A program made the position numbers and the translations under genes. The notes beneath the pieces are model-generated. The model did no database searches and was not told the DNA's origin. It saw only the letters and a list, made by a program, of their open reading frames with translations. Of a DNA stretch of 64,000 nt, positions 25,801 to 39,610 are shown piece by piece (the stretch's first letter is position 1; each line of letters starts with the position of its first letter). This DNA comes from Octopus sinensis (lineage: Eukaryota), in the NCBI RefSeq assembly GCF_006345805.1, contig NC_043009.1:14570001-14634000 (forward strand), read 5' to 3'.

Positions 25801-27906
25801 GTGTGTGTGTGTGTGTGTGTGAGTGTCTCTGTGTGTGTATGATTAGTATAGTTAAACCATATATATGTCCGTGATTCACACAGACATACACATGCACGTA
25901 CATGCGTACACAAGCACACACAGTACGCACACACACACACAGCGATATAGATATGAGTGAGTGTCTAGATACTTTCGTGTGAGCACAACGGAAGCAGAGC
26001 TATATATCTTATTGGAATTTGAAACTTCATAAATAGTTGTCCCAAGTTTCTTGTTTCCGATTTCCATATTATTAAGAAAAGCGGAAGATAAAATGGTATA
26101 GACATACAGGATATGCTTAAGTTACGGAACTAGCTTTGATTGTGTAAAATGGAAATATAACTGGATGTAATTGGTTGAAATTATAACCGATATTTGGGAC
26201 TTCAGGAAATGAGTGTGTGTGATGTTAGTATTAGCCAGCTTGAGGAAAAAAAATCAATTGTTTGAATATATGTATGATTGATGTGCAAAAGTACTATGAG
26301 CGAAGTAAATATCCCATACGCTGAAATGTTTCCGTAGAACGTTCTCCGACAGCAATAACTTTTTCAAGTAGAATTTTGAAAGTCTCAATGCATTAAAATG
26401 GATCAAAATAAAATTTGTGACAAGATTCAAATTTAAACCGAAAAACAAAATTATCCTAAAATTTCTTTATTTTCATTTATTTATATCTCCTCACTCAACT
26501 CATATTTACCATGCTACCATTTATAACTGTATAATGATTATTCCAGTAATTTGGAGAAAAATATGAGATCCGTTCGTTCATTATATTGTTCTTCATTTTA
26601 CAAGATCCATAATGAAGTTTTTAGTCATTCATTAGAAAAAATATATGTTAACAGAAAAACAGGTATAATTTCTTTAGTACTTGCTTATATATGCATTTTT
26701 CATATATGTGTGTGTGCGTGCGTGTGTATGTATGCGCGTGCGTGTGTGTGTGTGAATGCATCCATGTGTGCGCTTGGGTACGTATGTGTTTGTGTGCATG
26801 TGTGTGTACACAGGAAATTTAACTTTCATATTGGCTTTGGCCTACTAGCAGCTATTTAATCGATAAATGATATAAAATATTACTGCATGTTCTCTTTGCA
26901 GGTAAGAGTTAGATTCGTAAACTGACAGACAACATTTTCAAGTGTTTGTGTTGCTATAATGAAAAGAGTACGCTACATGCATTGAGGTGTACAGATGTTT
27001 ATGGGTATATATCCGCTACAGTGTCTAGTATTTTAGTGAGGATTAAGTGAAATAAAAATGTGTACATGCGTTAATTCTTAAATACAGGTGAATTCCAAGA
27101 TAATAACTGAATGAAGTATATTGGGAATGATGTAAATGAATTGTGCAGCATGAATTATGCAGAAAAGTGCGAAGGGGTAAATGAAGTAGGCAAATGTCGA
27201 GAGTTGTGGGTTTGTTAATGATATTGGGCTAACATGTGTTCCAATCGATTACTAAGAAATTAAAAGATTAAGCCATAGATCAATGTATGACATAATTGCA
27301 ACACACATACAATCCGTGAGACAACATCACACATGAAAAATGCACAAAACACACATACAATATGCTATATTATTTGAATACCAGATTTAGAACAGGTGAG
27401 TCTTAAAAAAGAATTAAATAGACTAAGATGTATGGAGATATGTTCTAAGCACCGAGATTAGCGCCAAAATATAGAGTCGAAGTGCGTAGGTTCTAAACGC
27501 CAAAGACCTTTCCATTCTTCCGGAACGTCAAATATATACATCTGCTTAATTTTTCCTTCACCTGTATTCGTCTTTTGTGTTTTGTAAATTTCAATTATAT
27601 GTATACATTTTTTCGCAAATAGCATCTTTATTGTGCTTGTGTCTGAATGATCGCTTGGAATTACGCAGCGAGCTATGCCGGCTTATCTGACCGACTTATT
27701 TCCAGGTGCATGAAAATAATAGTGACTCAATTTGAACCATGGGTTTACATGATATTTATCTCTCACTGTAAGGAGTACTTTGCTACTTGATCCTACCAAA
27801 CCTGGTGCAGTAGATTTTATATACATACATACATGCATACATACAAACATACATAAATACATGAACACTTGCTAATACATATATACATACACACACATAT
27901 ATATAT

Positions 27907-28101
27907 GCCATGATAGATCGATAGCCACTACACAGATTATTTTCGCTCTTTGTTTCTCTCATTGTTTTTCCTGTGTCCCTTTCTGTAGAAGAGCGTAGGC
28001 TCGAAATCTAAAAGACTTTTTCTATTCCTGAGCGTTATACCAATACATCTGTTTGTTTTGTACACCACCTGTCTTCGTCCTTTGTTTCTTTCGTAAACTT
28101 T

Positions 28102-28104
<3 letters not shown>
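27907..28104 (+). mobile_element. Penelope-type terminal fragment family X, copy 1
   Basis: Shares ctgtagaagagcgtaggctcgaaa..ctgagcgttataccaatacat..tacaccacctgtcttcgtc with 32457 and 58098; followed by (TA)n. Confidence 0.7.
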
Positions 28105-28160
<56 letters not shown>

Positions 28161-29639
28161 AACTGAGATAGAGTGAGACATTGATACACTGGCATGTGTG
28201 TGTACGTATGTATGTATGTTAATATGTATGTAAGTTAAGTCTATAAATGGAGTTTGTGACATTAAACATAGACATTCATAACTAAAGCAGGATCCGATGC
28301 TGCACAAGCACTTGGAAATATATCATTCATCTTTCACGCATAGTCTGCCAAGTGGTTTCAACTTAAGAATTCTTGGAGTTAACTCTGCGACGTAATATAA
28401 CGAAGATGTCTTATGCTTATGTGTGCTTGTATTCACGTAAGTATAGATGTGTGCATCTCTATATGTATATGTTCGCGGATGGTATTGTTGATAGTGTTTA
28501 AATATCTTTTCAGCTTTGACTATTGTGCAGACCTATTGGCTGACAACATTGTGTAATGAATAATTATATTTCTAAGATTATAAGTTCTGATTTGAAGAGA
28601 TTTCTCTTCTCATTGAAGCAGGCCATGCGAAGTATGAGAACTCACGGCAAGATTTATATTTAGAGGGTAAAGTAAGTGTTTGTCGATTCAGGAGACCGGT
28701 TGATAATATCTAGAGTCTTCTACTGCTTGCTTTATATTGTTGACACCTTTACAAAAGTGAAGGAAAGTTTCATTATCTTATTTCTCTCCCACATATAACT
28801 AGTATATGGTTACGTATGAAAGAGGTTTTGAAGAGGAGAATACCTGTTCGTTCGTCCATTTAAAACAAAATAGTATGCTTTACAGCACAGCAAAAAGAAA
28901 TACGAAAATAATATTTTCTTGTAGGTTTCTTTGAAAAATTCTTTTCTTCAAAAGTCATATCAAAGCAAATTAAATCTTTTTAGACTAAAATCTGTATAAT
29001 TATCAAAAACTTCGAATCTCTTTGGCGCTGTCGCTTTTGACAGGATATATTATCGGCTCTTACTGTGTTTTATGTGTTGTCATTGATTGTATTAATTGCT
29101 GCAGGCTTCCAATTATGTAGACAAATACTAATGGTGATATACGATCCTTTATTATATTCTTATTATTCAGGAATATCATTTACCCACCTGAATGGCTATT
29201 AAGAGATAATGTTGTGGTAGCAATTTTGTTTAAATGAACACTTGATATATGGGCAAATGTATCATACAAGTTGTTTCTTGAAGTGAATGAACTTCTGTTT
29301 GAGCTCCCATGGGCTATAGAATTCATCGTTGTCAATCTATATTATATTTCCAACGTATTGGTTCCAACATAAAGGTCTGCAGAAACACGTTTACACCTAC
29401 AGTTTCTTATTTTCTCCTTTTTCTCTGAATGCGATTATTGACGCCAGAAGAGAAATATGTTTAGTCAATTATTATCAATATCTATCGTATTAAGATTTCC
29501 AAACAATACTGTAACATTGTCTAATTATACACAGATAGAGGGTTAACAGAAATATACAGAGAGATAGAGAAAAAAAGAGAGTGAAAGAGAGAGAGAGAGA
29601 GGGAAGTAGATACAGAGACACATTTATATATACACACGT

Positions 29640-29686
<47 letters not shown>

Positions 29687-29786
29687 GAAATATATACGCA
29701 CTCAGATATAAATGTGTGTATGCGTGTATACAACCATACAGATACACGCACACAAATACACATAGATATATGTACACACACACACA

Positions 29787-29834
<48 letters not shown>

Positions 29835-29931
29835 GTTTCATATATAATGTATAAACATGTCATTTATATACATACACATATGTATGCATATATATATGTA
29901 TAGATATGTATATATATGCATACACATACAT

Positions 29932-30008
<77 letters not shown>

Positions 30009-31729
30009 CACATATACCAACACCTAATTTATTATTTGTGTGAGAAATATGAACATATACTCATACATATTGTATAAAATTGTAACAATAATTGTTAGTC
30101 GTTAGGCAATAACTATTTTAATATGTTCCATGTTGATGAATAAATGAGCAGCACGAATTTTTATGACGTTCAAAATGTGTCTTATTCATGAACTACAAAT
30201 CAGTATTGAACTCAGTGGCAAAGCGAATACATAACACACTCAGGTTTCACGAAAGAATAGCAGGAAACTCAAAATCTTAGATGATGTAGAAGCGTAGACA
30301 ATCATATGCCATATTTTCATTGGCTAATGGTAATTCAGTAGGAGTTCTACTTTAAATGGTTGGATCAAATCTTTCGGAGGTCAAACTGTTTCTTCTATCA
30401 TTCACGGAGTCGATACAATAAATATACATAACAAAGTGGATTCCATCTAGCTGAAAAACTTTGCTAGAACGTGAAAAATGTTTCAATGTCGGAAGTCAAG
30501 ATAATGTTTTTTGTTTTCCTTAAAAAGAAATTTCCATGTTCAAAATCATTAATTCACCGAATTTCTAATGTAAAATTTAGCACAATAACTCATAAAGTTT
30601 AATCTGTGCCACAAAATGTATTATTTTCCTTGTCTTAATAGCGTTTTAGCATGAATATGCTATATGCTGTATGTGGGTGGTGTTGACACAAAATTTTGAT
30701 GAAGTATTCTCGACATCCGTGGAAAAAGTTATATGTCAGTTTATAACTGGGTGATAATTTGATATTCTTCACTAATCTAGTCCATATAACAAAGCGAAAG
30801 AAGTGCAGATATTAGCCCTTCCCTTATGCTCATTATTGAAGTATTCAGTTACTTTTGTAAAGGAAATAATTTATAGGTGAATGTATTTTTATAATTCAAT
30901 GATGTGCACGAACACTATGCATTTAAGGATAAATTTTAAGTATATTTCGGAAAGTTACCAATTATATGATGCGCTCATGATGCGAACAAGAATATCTGTC
31001 CCATCATTCTAGCAATAGCGACAGGCACACATAAATCACAAACATATACATACACATATACATATGCATTCAGAATTAAATTAAACTGCACAGCTCCTAG
31101 ACACATTTTTCCCGCTACAGCTCCGGTTCTGCATTTTTTACTATACGCTTATACAAGATACTTTCTCGTAATGAATACCACAGTTACTAGTTTCTATAAT
31201 ATATTATGGAAAGTCTGATTTATGCAGTACTATGTCAAAACAAAATAATACAATTTTGTTATTTTGAACCAAAAAGAAATAGTAGAAACATATACAATAA
31301 AAAAATCACATTTCCAGGGAATATTCTTTATATATAAATACACTATATGTTCTGATCATGAAATCCCACAAACATATAAATTACATCTAGAGTTTATAAT
31401 TCAGCTTTTCCGTTATTTTTATTTGTTTAGCGCAATCTACTTTTATGAATTTAAATTCTTAGGGTCTGTGCTTTTGATGCATTTTATTGCGTAATGTAAA
31501 TCTATTTTGGGGTACTGTTAGAGGCAAACAAAATATCTTATATATATATATCAGATATATTGAGAAGCACTGATTTAAAGTATCTCTTTCACCAATTCCT
31601 TTTTTCTCCTCATGCGACTTCTCACTCTCTCCCTCTCACCTCTCTCCCTACTCTCTCTCTCTTGCATTGATTTTGAAAGCAGTGCTATATAGAAATCTTG
31701 TGGTTAAATTTTTTATCGTGTATACTCGT

Positions 31730-31985
31730 TGTCGGTTGGCTTAGTGGTTAGGGTGTCAGCATCACGATCGTAAGATTATGGTTTCGATTCCTGGACCGGG
31801 CGACGCGTTGTGTTCTTGCGCAAAGCCTTCATTTCACCTTACTCCAGTACATTCAGCTGGGAAAATTGAGTAACGCTGTGATGGACTGGCGTCCCGTCTA
31901 GCTGGGGAACACATATGCCATAGAAGTCGGAAAACCGGGCCCATGAGCCTTGTTAGGTTTTAAAAAGGGCGCAGTTATTATTTTT
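31730..31985 (+). mobile_element. tRNA-derived SINE family C
   Basis: A box tggcttagtgg, B box ggtttcgattcc, then gtgttcttg..gatggactggcgtcccgtc body. Confidence 0.85.
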
Positions 31986-32385
31986 TTTACTCGTTGTTAC
32001 ATTGCGCTTAAAACTCGAAAACGGATTATTTGTTTTAGATGCAATGTGTTAGTTCACTGTCTTCTACTGGAATATAAGACAATTTCTCTCCCGTGGTTAT
32101 TAAAGACTGTTCAGAGTGTTATTTAATCGTATCATTTTATGTTCTGCTTTGTTAAAACTAAGACTAATATGCCATTACAGTTATTGAGAGTATTGTCATT
32201 TGTAATGGATCTTGACAGATTGCTATAATCAATTACGGCCTGAAATTGAATCTGTAAGTTGATACACAATGCCTACCAATAATTATTTTCATCGTTAAAC
32301 ATACACACAATGATTAAAAATTTCGAAGTTTACAAAATGACTATTGGCGTCTTTCTTGACCATATAGCCGTGTATATATGTTTGA

Positions 32386-32447
<62 letters not shown>

Positions 32448-32456
32448 TTATTACCA

Positions 32457-32623
32457 TTACTCTACACACACTTTTTTCTCTCTCCTTGTTTCTCTCCTTG
32501 TTTTTTTCTCTGTCCCTTTCTGTAGAAGAGCGTAGGCTCGAAACGTAAAATAATTTTTTCTATTCCTGAGCGTTATACTAATACATCCGTTTGTTTTGTA
32601 CACCACGTGTCTTCGTCTTTTGC
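32457..32623 (+). mobile_element. Penelope-type terminal fragment family X, copy 2
   Basis: Same hammerhead-like motif at 32516-32552; preceded by (TA)n; truncated by a SINE A fragment. Confidence 0.7.
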
Positions 32624-32832
32624 CAACAGGTACATAAACAAACAAACATCGGTTGTCAAGCGGTGGTGAGAGACAAATACGGACACAAAGAAGCATACAC
32701 ATGTATGTGTGTGTGTATGTGTGTGTGCGTGTGCATGTATGTATGTGTTCACATCCTTCGAGATAAAAATTAAAAATCGTCATAGAATAAATGGATTTCC
32801 AAGAGTTATTCGGGGAAACGATAATACACACA

Positions 32833-32882
<50 letters not shown>

Positions 32883-33437
32883 TATGCATAAGAGAGAATG
32901 GAATAAGTATATTTGCAATAGTCACAACAAGAAGTATATTAACATAGAGGAATGTATTACTACATAAATGATGTGAATAGCAATGTACAAAAGAGAATAA
33001 GATGCATAAAATTCTTACGATCGTTTCATGATTATGTGATTTATCTGAATGAAATCGACATGATAATCATATTGAAGCTGCATAACCATGCTTCAGAGAT
33101 ATAAAAGGAAGAAAATCGTTCATAAAAGTTTATCTGTGTTTATAAGTATTAGTTAACCCATATTGGCATAGATATGTATATAAATCTCATGTTGTTATTA
33201 TTCCAAACGTACTTATTCCATTCACTCTGATATTCTAATATATAACTGCCCTTTTGGTTTGCTGTATGCTCTTAAGAATCTCTTTCAAGATCATTAGGTA
33301 ACATTCCAATTTGAGCTCTTAACTGGTGATACCTAATACATTTTCCTAAAAAGACATACTTTATAAATTATGTATATATAGATATAGATAGAGAGATAGA
33401 TAACTAGATAGATATACATACATACATATATATGTAG

Positions 33438-33495
<58 letters not shown>

Positions 33496-33520
33496 TATAT
33501 AATATATATATATATATATA

Positions 33521-34786
33521 CAAGGGATGGACAAAATAAGGAAACACTTAGCATCATTGTATCATAATGTTGAAATACATATAAAACCGTCAAGAGCGTG
33601 TTTATTTTTATGTTTTTTGAATAATTACTAGTGTAGCTTAATATGTTTTGCTAAACTCGATCTTTCTTTTCAGATATCATCAACAAAAGGTAATTAAAAT
33701 TCCTTAAAATGACAGATCTGCAGGACTTTCAAAGAGGTCAAATTGTTAGTGCTTGTATGGCAGGCACTAGCATAATGAAAACAGCCGAAATCTTTGGTTA
33801 TCAAGAAGTACTGTCTCGAAAATAATGACAGCCTTTGAGAAAGAGGGTAAAAAAACCTCCTCGTCGAAACAAAACTCCAGAAGAAAACCAAAATTGTGAG
33901 ATAGGGATCGTCGGATTCTTACGCGAATTGTTAGAAAGGATCACAAAAGTACAGCTCCCTTAATGCTAAGGTTAATGACCACCCCGAGATCCCATTTTCC
34001 ACAAAAAAATGTTCTCCAGGAGCTACACAAAGTTGGAATTCACGGGAGGGCTGCAATCAGGAGAACACTACTTTCAAAAACAAGCGCTGCAAAGCGTTTA
34101 GAGTGGAGTGAAAACCTACAGAATTGGTCCCTAGAGCAGTGGAAGAATGTTATTTTCGCGGACGGTCATCCTTTACCTCATTTCCGATCACTGGCCGAAT
34201 ATACGTGTGGAGACAGCCAAGAGAAGCATTCGACTCAGATTACCTTCTTTCAACTGTTAAACATGGAGGAGGATTTGTGATGATCTGCGGCGCTATATCT
34301 TGGGAATCCGCCGGCCCAATGGTTTCCCTTGATGGCAAATTTATAGTCAAGACTATCTTAACATTTTATCTGATCAAATTCATCGTAAGGTTGCGGAACT
34401 GTTTCCAGGGAAAAGCGCAATCTTTCAGGACGGTAAAGGAAACAATTCACACAGCTAAAGATGTTACTGAATGGCGCGAAGAACATTTTAGTGAAGTTGA
34501 ACATCTTATCTAGCCATCAAATCCCTAGATCTCAATATTGTTGAATATTTATGGTGCATTTTAGACAACAAGTAAGGAGTCGATATCGTCCACTACCATC
34601 ACTACAAGAATTGGAGACTGTTTTAGCTGAAGAATGGACAAACATTTCTTTGGAAGCAATTAAAAGTTTGTACGAGTCGATAACTCGTAGGATTCAAGCT
34701 GTAATTACTGCCAAAAGTGGCCCTACCCATATTATACTAAATTTGTTTGAAATTTTAAGGTGTTTCCATTATTTTCTCCAACTCTG
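33521..34786 (+). mobile_element. Near full-length decayed Tc1/mariner transposon (~1.27 kb) within (TA)n
   Basis: Imperfect ~27-bp TIRs (caagggatggacaaaataaggaaacac / cagagttggagaaaataatggaaacac), TA flanks; transposase from ATG 33709: MTDLQDFQRGQIV, WKNVIFAD, GRIYVWR, DLNIVEYLW; frameshifted. Confidence 0.9.
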
Positions 34787-34889
34787 TAAATATATATATA
34801 TATATATATGGCCTGCTCGCGAAGCGCATGGTGACTAGCGATGTGTAGCAACATCTGATAGCTTGGTCGGTCAAAATATATATACATAT

Positions 34890-34944
<55 letters not shown>

Positions 34945-35117
34945 CGTATATATATACACATACATTGTATACATACAGACACACATCCGCACACACACAC
35001 ACACACCCACACACAAACACGCACGCACACACACACATACACATATAAAACAAGCAAATTATCTAGTTACCAGATCTCCCAAAAACAAATGAAAGTAGGA
35101 ACTCTACTCACAAACAA

Positions 35118-35672
35118 TGTTTGCCGCCACTTCAACATGGCTGTTCTGTACAAAACGACGTTACTACTTTTTTTAACCCCAAGAAGACGCCTCCTCTAAC
35201 TGGTTACCGATGGAATCTGTTTTCCCATACTCAGCCGCGGGCGCCTGTCCCTTTGAGATAATAGTAATTTGATTCAGCTTGAAATATATAGAAAGATACG
35301 TGACCGTCAGTCATTGAACACCCAATTTGAAGTCGTGATATACATTACTTTGATCTCTTATAGAGATTTCCTAATTAGTCACTTTGCTTGTTGCAAGATC
35401 AATGATTAATGGTCTCTTATTATTCTGTACATTGCTAGCTGGAGCGATCTACTGCTATCTTTTGTGGAGAAGTGGCCACTACTGAGAACAAAAATAACCT
35501 GAAGCCAGCCTTGTCAAGTTGCTAGACGATGGTAAATGTTCGTTCCACATCTTGCAATATATATCGGGTGCAGACTACATCGGTAACCAGCTGGAGTGGG
35601 CGTCCTTTTGGAGTTAAACATAATAGAAACGTATGTTCATAGGTAACAGCCATGTTGAAGTGGCATCAAACA
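35118..35672. mobile_element. ~555-bp foldback/MITE-like element with ~100-bp imperfect inverted arms
   Basis: 35118-35219 versus reverse complement of 35571-35672 share gccacttcaacatggctgtt and ctggttaccgatg; roughly three-quarters identical by eye. Confidence 0.6.
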
Positions 35673-35994
35673 CAGAGAGACAGACAGACACACACACTCA
35701 CATACACACACACACTCACATACACACACACACTCACATACACACATGGATATGAACGAAAGAAACTCGCTGAATTTTAAAAACGTTACACTAGCATGAG
35801 ATAAAAAATACTATTATATCACTTGTTCCAGTTAAATATATTCTTTACCTTTTACTTTACATACATATGTAAACACACAGACACACACTCACAGACACAC
35901 ATACAAACATAGACCCGCACGCACACACACACGCATACGCTTACACGCACATGCTTACACGCACGCGCACACCCACACATATATATAATAATTT

Positions 35995-37200
35995 AACGTC
36001 CGTGTTTTATGTTCGCATGGGTTGGACGGATTGACAACAGCTGACGAGCCAGAATACTATGCAAGTACTGCTGCCTGTTTTGGAATAGTTCCTACGGCTG
36101 TGTGCCCTTCCTTACAAAGTGTCCTGGGTGATTTTTGCGTGTTACTAGGACCAGTGAGGTGACCAGGTCATTGCATGGCAAAGACCTTCAACTGAAGATG
36201 CGGGCGAGGTCTAGTATTGTGGAAGTTGACTGTGTACCAAGTGATGAAATGTTAATGCATGGATTATACATATACATATATACATACACACACAGTATGT
36301 AGAGGAAATACGAGGCTACTTGACTTGGGAACGAAGAGAAGAGAAGGGAGAGTGAAAGAGAGAGTGAGAAAATAAGCTGGGGTGCACTCTCTAGTTAGAG
36401 AGAGGGATATATAAGTGAAATGGTACAGTGAGTTAAATTTCTCACAGTGTGTGCGAAAAGAGATTGTGTAATAGAGCGAATGGGAATGTAGTGGATGGTG
36501 AACACCAGAGGGGACAAGGAGGAGTGAGTGGTAAGCTTTAGAAAGATTAGTTATGGGGGATTGAAGTATAGATATCAACGACGCACCCTGAAGGTCTTGA
36601 CTTTATGGGGTTTCTCAAGCACAGAAAATCGCTAATCTCACGGTCTTTTATCATTGACACTGTGAAGATCCTGATCTGTAGATCATGTTTTACCGTCTCA
36701 TGTCACTTTTTCCTCTGCTTTCCTCTTCCACAGATTCTATGTACACACCACATGATCAAAACAACTTAGTCTTCTCTATTGCACGCTACATCTGCGATCC
36801 TTTATCCACCGTCTCCGTTTCAGCACATTTACAATTTGTTGTACACCACAATGGCATCGTACATCCAACGGGGCATACTAAGTTCGTTCCTTTTGAACGT
36901 TCGCATGACCGCTACATCCAGAGTTGAAGTTGCGCTACCATGTACCATTGCTGTTCATTTACAAGCATCAGTCCGTCCAAGAGGAAGGCCCTTTCTTAAT
37001 GGTAATGCCTCTCTGCACTTGTACCAGGCAGTTCTGATTTTAACAACTATGCTTTTAGAGCATACCACTACATTATCAATTAAGCCAACTAAGGAAGGGA
37101 AGGTGTATCTTCTCCTAAGATTCCTCTTGGGAATTTGAGGAAATCTATTTCATGTGTGATCCTAGTGTTTATTGTTCTTGCACATGTGTAGATCGCATAT
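35995..37200 (-). mobile_element. RTE-clade LINE 3' relic (RT C-terminal region and 3' UTR)
   Basis: CSKSIVVKIRTAW..REALPL.KGL..DACK.TAMVHGS..RRLSCFDHV; RTE-like tail ttaacgtccg..catgggttggacgg..tacggctg.gtgcccttcct. Confidence 0.6.
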
Positions 37201-38810
37201 ACTACTTTCACTGTTAATATTCCTCTGACTTCACTTTTTAGGTGCCTATAGCCTGCACTGGGTGCATCATATGGAGTTCGTACCTACACCTTTTCTACAT
37301 ATCGAGTAGGAATATTTTGTAGAACAGATGAATAAGTGGTTTACTGCTCTGCGTACTAGGACATTGGTTTTAGTTAACGTTAAAGGCCTTTGAGTCCTGA
37401 CCTTATCTCCACTCCTGAAATGTTACTTGTTTTCTATTGAAATTGTACTACGTTTGTGAGTCCGTGTGCGTGCGCACGCGTGTTTGTGTATGTTTGTATC
37501 TATGTGTGTGTATCTGCGTGTATGTGTAGGCGTGTGTGTGTATTAACAGAGATACGAAAATGCACTTGAGAAAGAGATTGGGAACGAGCGACATTTTTAG
37601 TGCCTAGGACACCGTTCTATGTTTTATTGTATCTAAATGTTAATTTTACTATTTTAAACATCAAGAGAATGACCCTCATATTGCACACAAGTCTTGTCAT
37701 AAATTTTAATGTGTTGTGAATTTTCTTTTATAAATCATAGATTTATAGACTCTGTAAACAGCGCAGATACCTTTTAGAGTTTTTTTATTTTTTTATTTTT
37801 TTATTTTAAAGTTTCAGCTCAGAGCTGCGGCCATGCTGATGCACTCCGGTGTGACCAATATGTTACTTTTGCCTGCTGTAATGAAACTCTCACTTCCTTT
37901 CTTTCCAGCAGTCATGAGAGCCCAGGGATATTGTTTCAACAGTGGGGCAATCGAGATACCCGAATCGTCTGTGCAGCTATACTCTACATTTAAGTTCTTA
38001 AAGTTTTGGTATGTCGTGTCTTCTTGCCATTCTGGTGTACGTTTCCATCATTATGAAGGCTCATATCAGAGAGACACTATAATTATAGAAGATTGAAAAC
38101 GGAAGCACAAGCGAGTCAACAGTTACAGCTCCCACACTCACCTCCCTAATAATCATATACATTCACTGACACTGATATACGCAACGCATACACGTTCTGG
38201 AAGTTTCATTTCTCTGACGTGACCTAGTCTAGGCAGTTGTCAGCGATATGCAAATGATTATCATTTTGAATATGCAAAAGCCGACGATTTAAGAAGCAGA
38301 CGTATTTCAGTTTCCCGTGGATTAAAATGGCAAAATCAGTTTATTTTTTTGTACTTTAAATTTTGCAACGTATTTGAAGAGTGAAGGCAGCATTTAAATA
38401 CAGCACACAGACATCTATCTGCATTGACTATTCAACAACTGTCTATATTATTTGAGAACTGCTTATAATGGTCCAGTTAAAACTGTGCATACACATATCA
38501 CATCTGACAGGAAAATCTCTTACAGATGATTCAACACAGAAAAGTGTGGAAGCTAACTGCAGCTAAGCTAACGTGTAGAGAAAACATATATGTTATGATA
38601 CATTTCTACTTACATACACAATATATCCTGCACATGCAACAGATTACGTCCATTTATTCTGTTGTTTCATGTCTGTATTGCCACGAGAAATCGAGTCATC
38701 ATTCCAGACTAGTACAGCTCAGCAAAATAGATGCTACATACATCTGCAATTGCAAAAGTCTGGCTATAAAAAGGATATTTGCAAATGTATATAAATATAT
38801 ATATATATAG

Positions 38811-38866
<56 letters not shown>

Positions 38867-39610
38867 GCGTGTGTGTGCGTGTGTGCGTGTATAAATATGC
38901 ACACACCCACACACACATTGCCTTTTCTCACTCTTCTCAATAAAGTTTACAACCATTCGTTTTTTGTTGTTATATTGAAAATTTAGAAGTTTTTTTCCGT
39001 TATCAAGAGATTTATGTGTTAACATTTGTCAGACACTCTCCTATATGTTACTTTTCTATGCTGAGAAATATGGGCCGCTTATGATATTGTAATAAATATA
39101 TTGCATCTTTCAATAACGTTTTTATTTTTTATTTTTGTACAATTCATGATTCATTCATACTACATATATAAAACTTCCATCAATTTCACTGTGCGGTATG
39201 TGTGTATAACCTCTATCTAGTGAGTACTTGAAGGAAAACAAGCGTTAACAAGGTACGTAACATATACACAGAGAAACACAGACACACATATATAATATAT
39301 ATACATATAAATGTGTGTGTGTCTGTGTTAGACATTACGCACATATCTCTAATAAGGAAAGTGCTGGAAGTTATATATATATATATATATGAAAGAGAGT
39401 GAGGTAGCGCGTAAGTGAGAATATGAGTGGTTTAGTTCACTGGTGATCTAAATGAATAGGTACGATGTGTAAGTGCTAAAATTGGTCATCCGTTAGCTTC
39501 TAAATTCACAGCTGAGGCTGGAGCTAGGGATTCGGTGTAGCAAGTATATATTAGAGGGAAAAGGACAACAAAATCAAAGACCATGTATATATATATATAT
39601 ATATATATAT

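Noticed and set aside
29044-29238. 64-codon hydrophobic open frame after a ttttgacag acceptor
   Set aside because: No good donor; hydrophobic reads are expected from T-rich DNA
31730-31810. tRNA gene
   Set aside because: A and B boxes are present but there is no acceptor stem, and it continues into a SINE body
33660-33700. Acceptor-16 nt-donor pattern upstream of the Tc1 ATG
   Set aside because: Inside the transposon 5' region with a weak donor; no evidence of use
36575-36640. ctgaagg-cttga...tcaag hairpin as a hammerhead
   Set aside because: Core and GAAA-UH spacing do not fit; lies within the RTE relic
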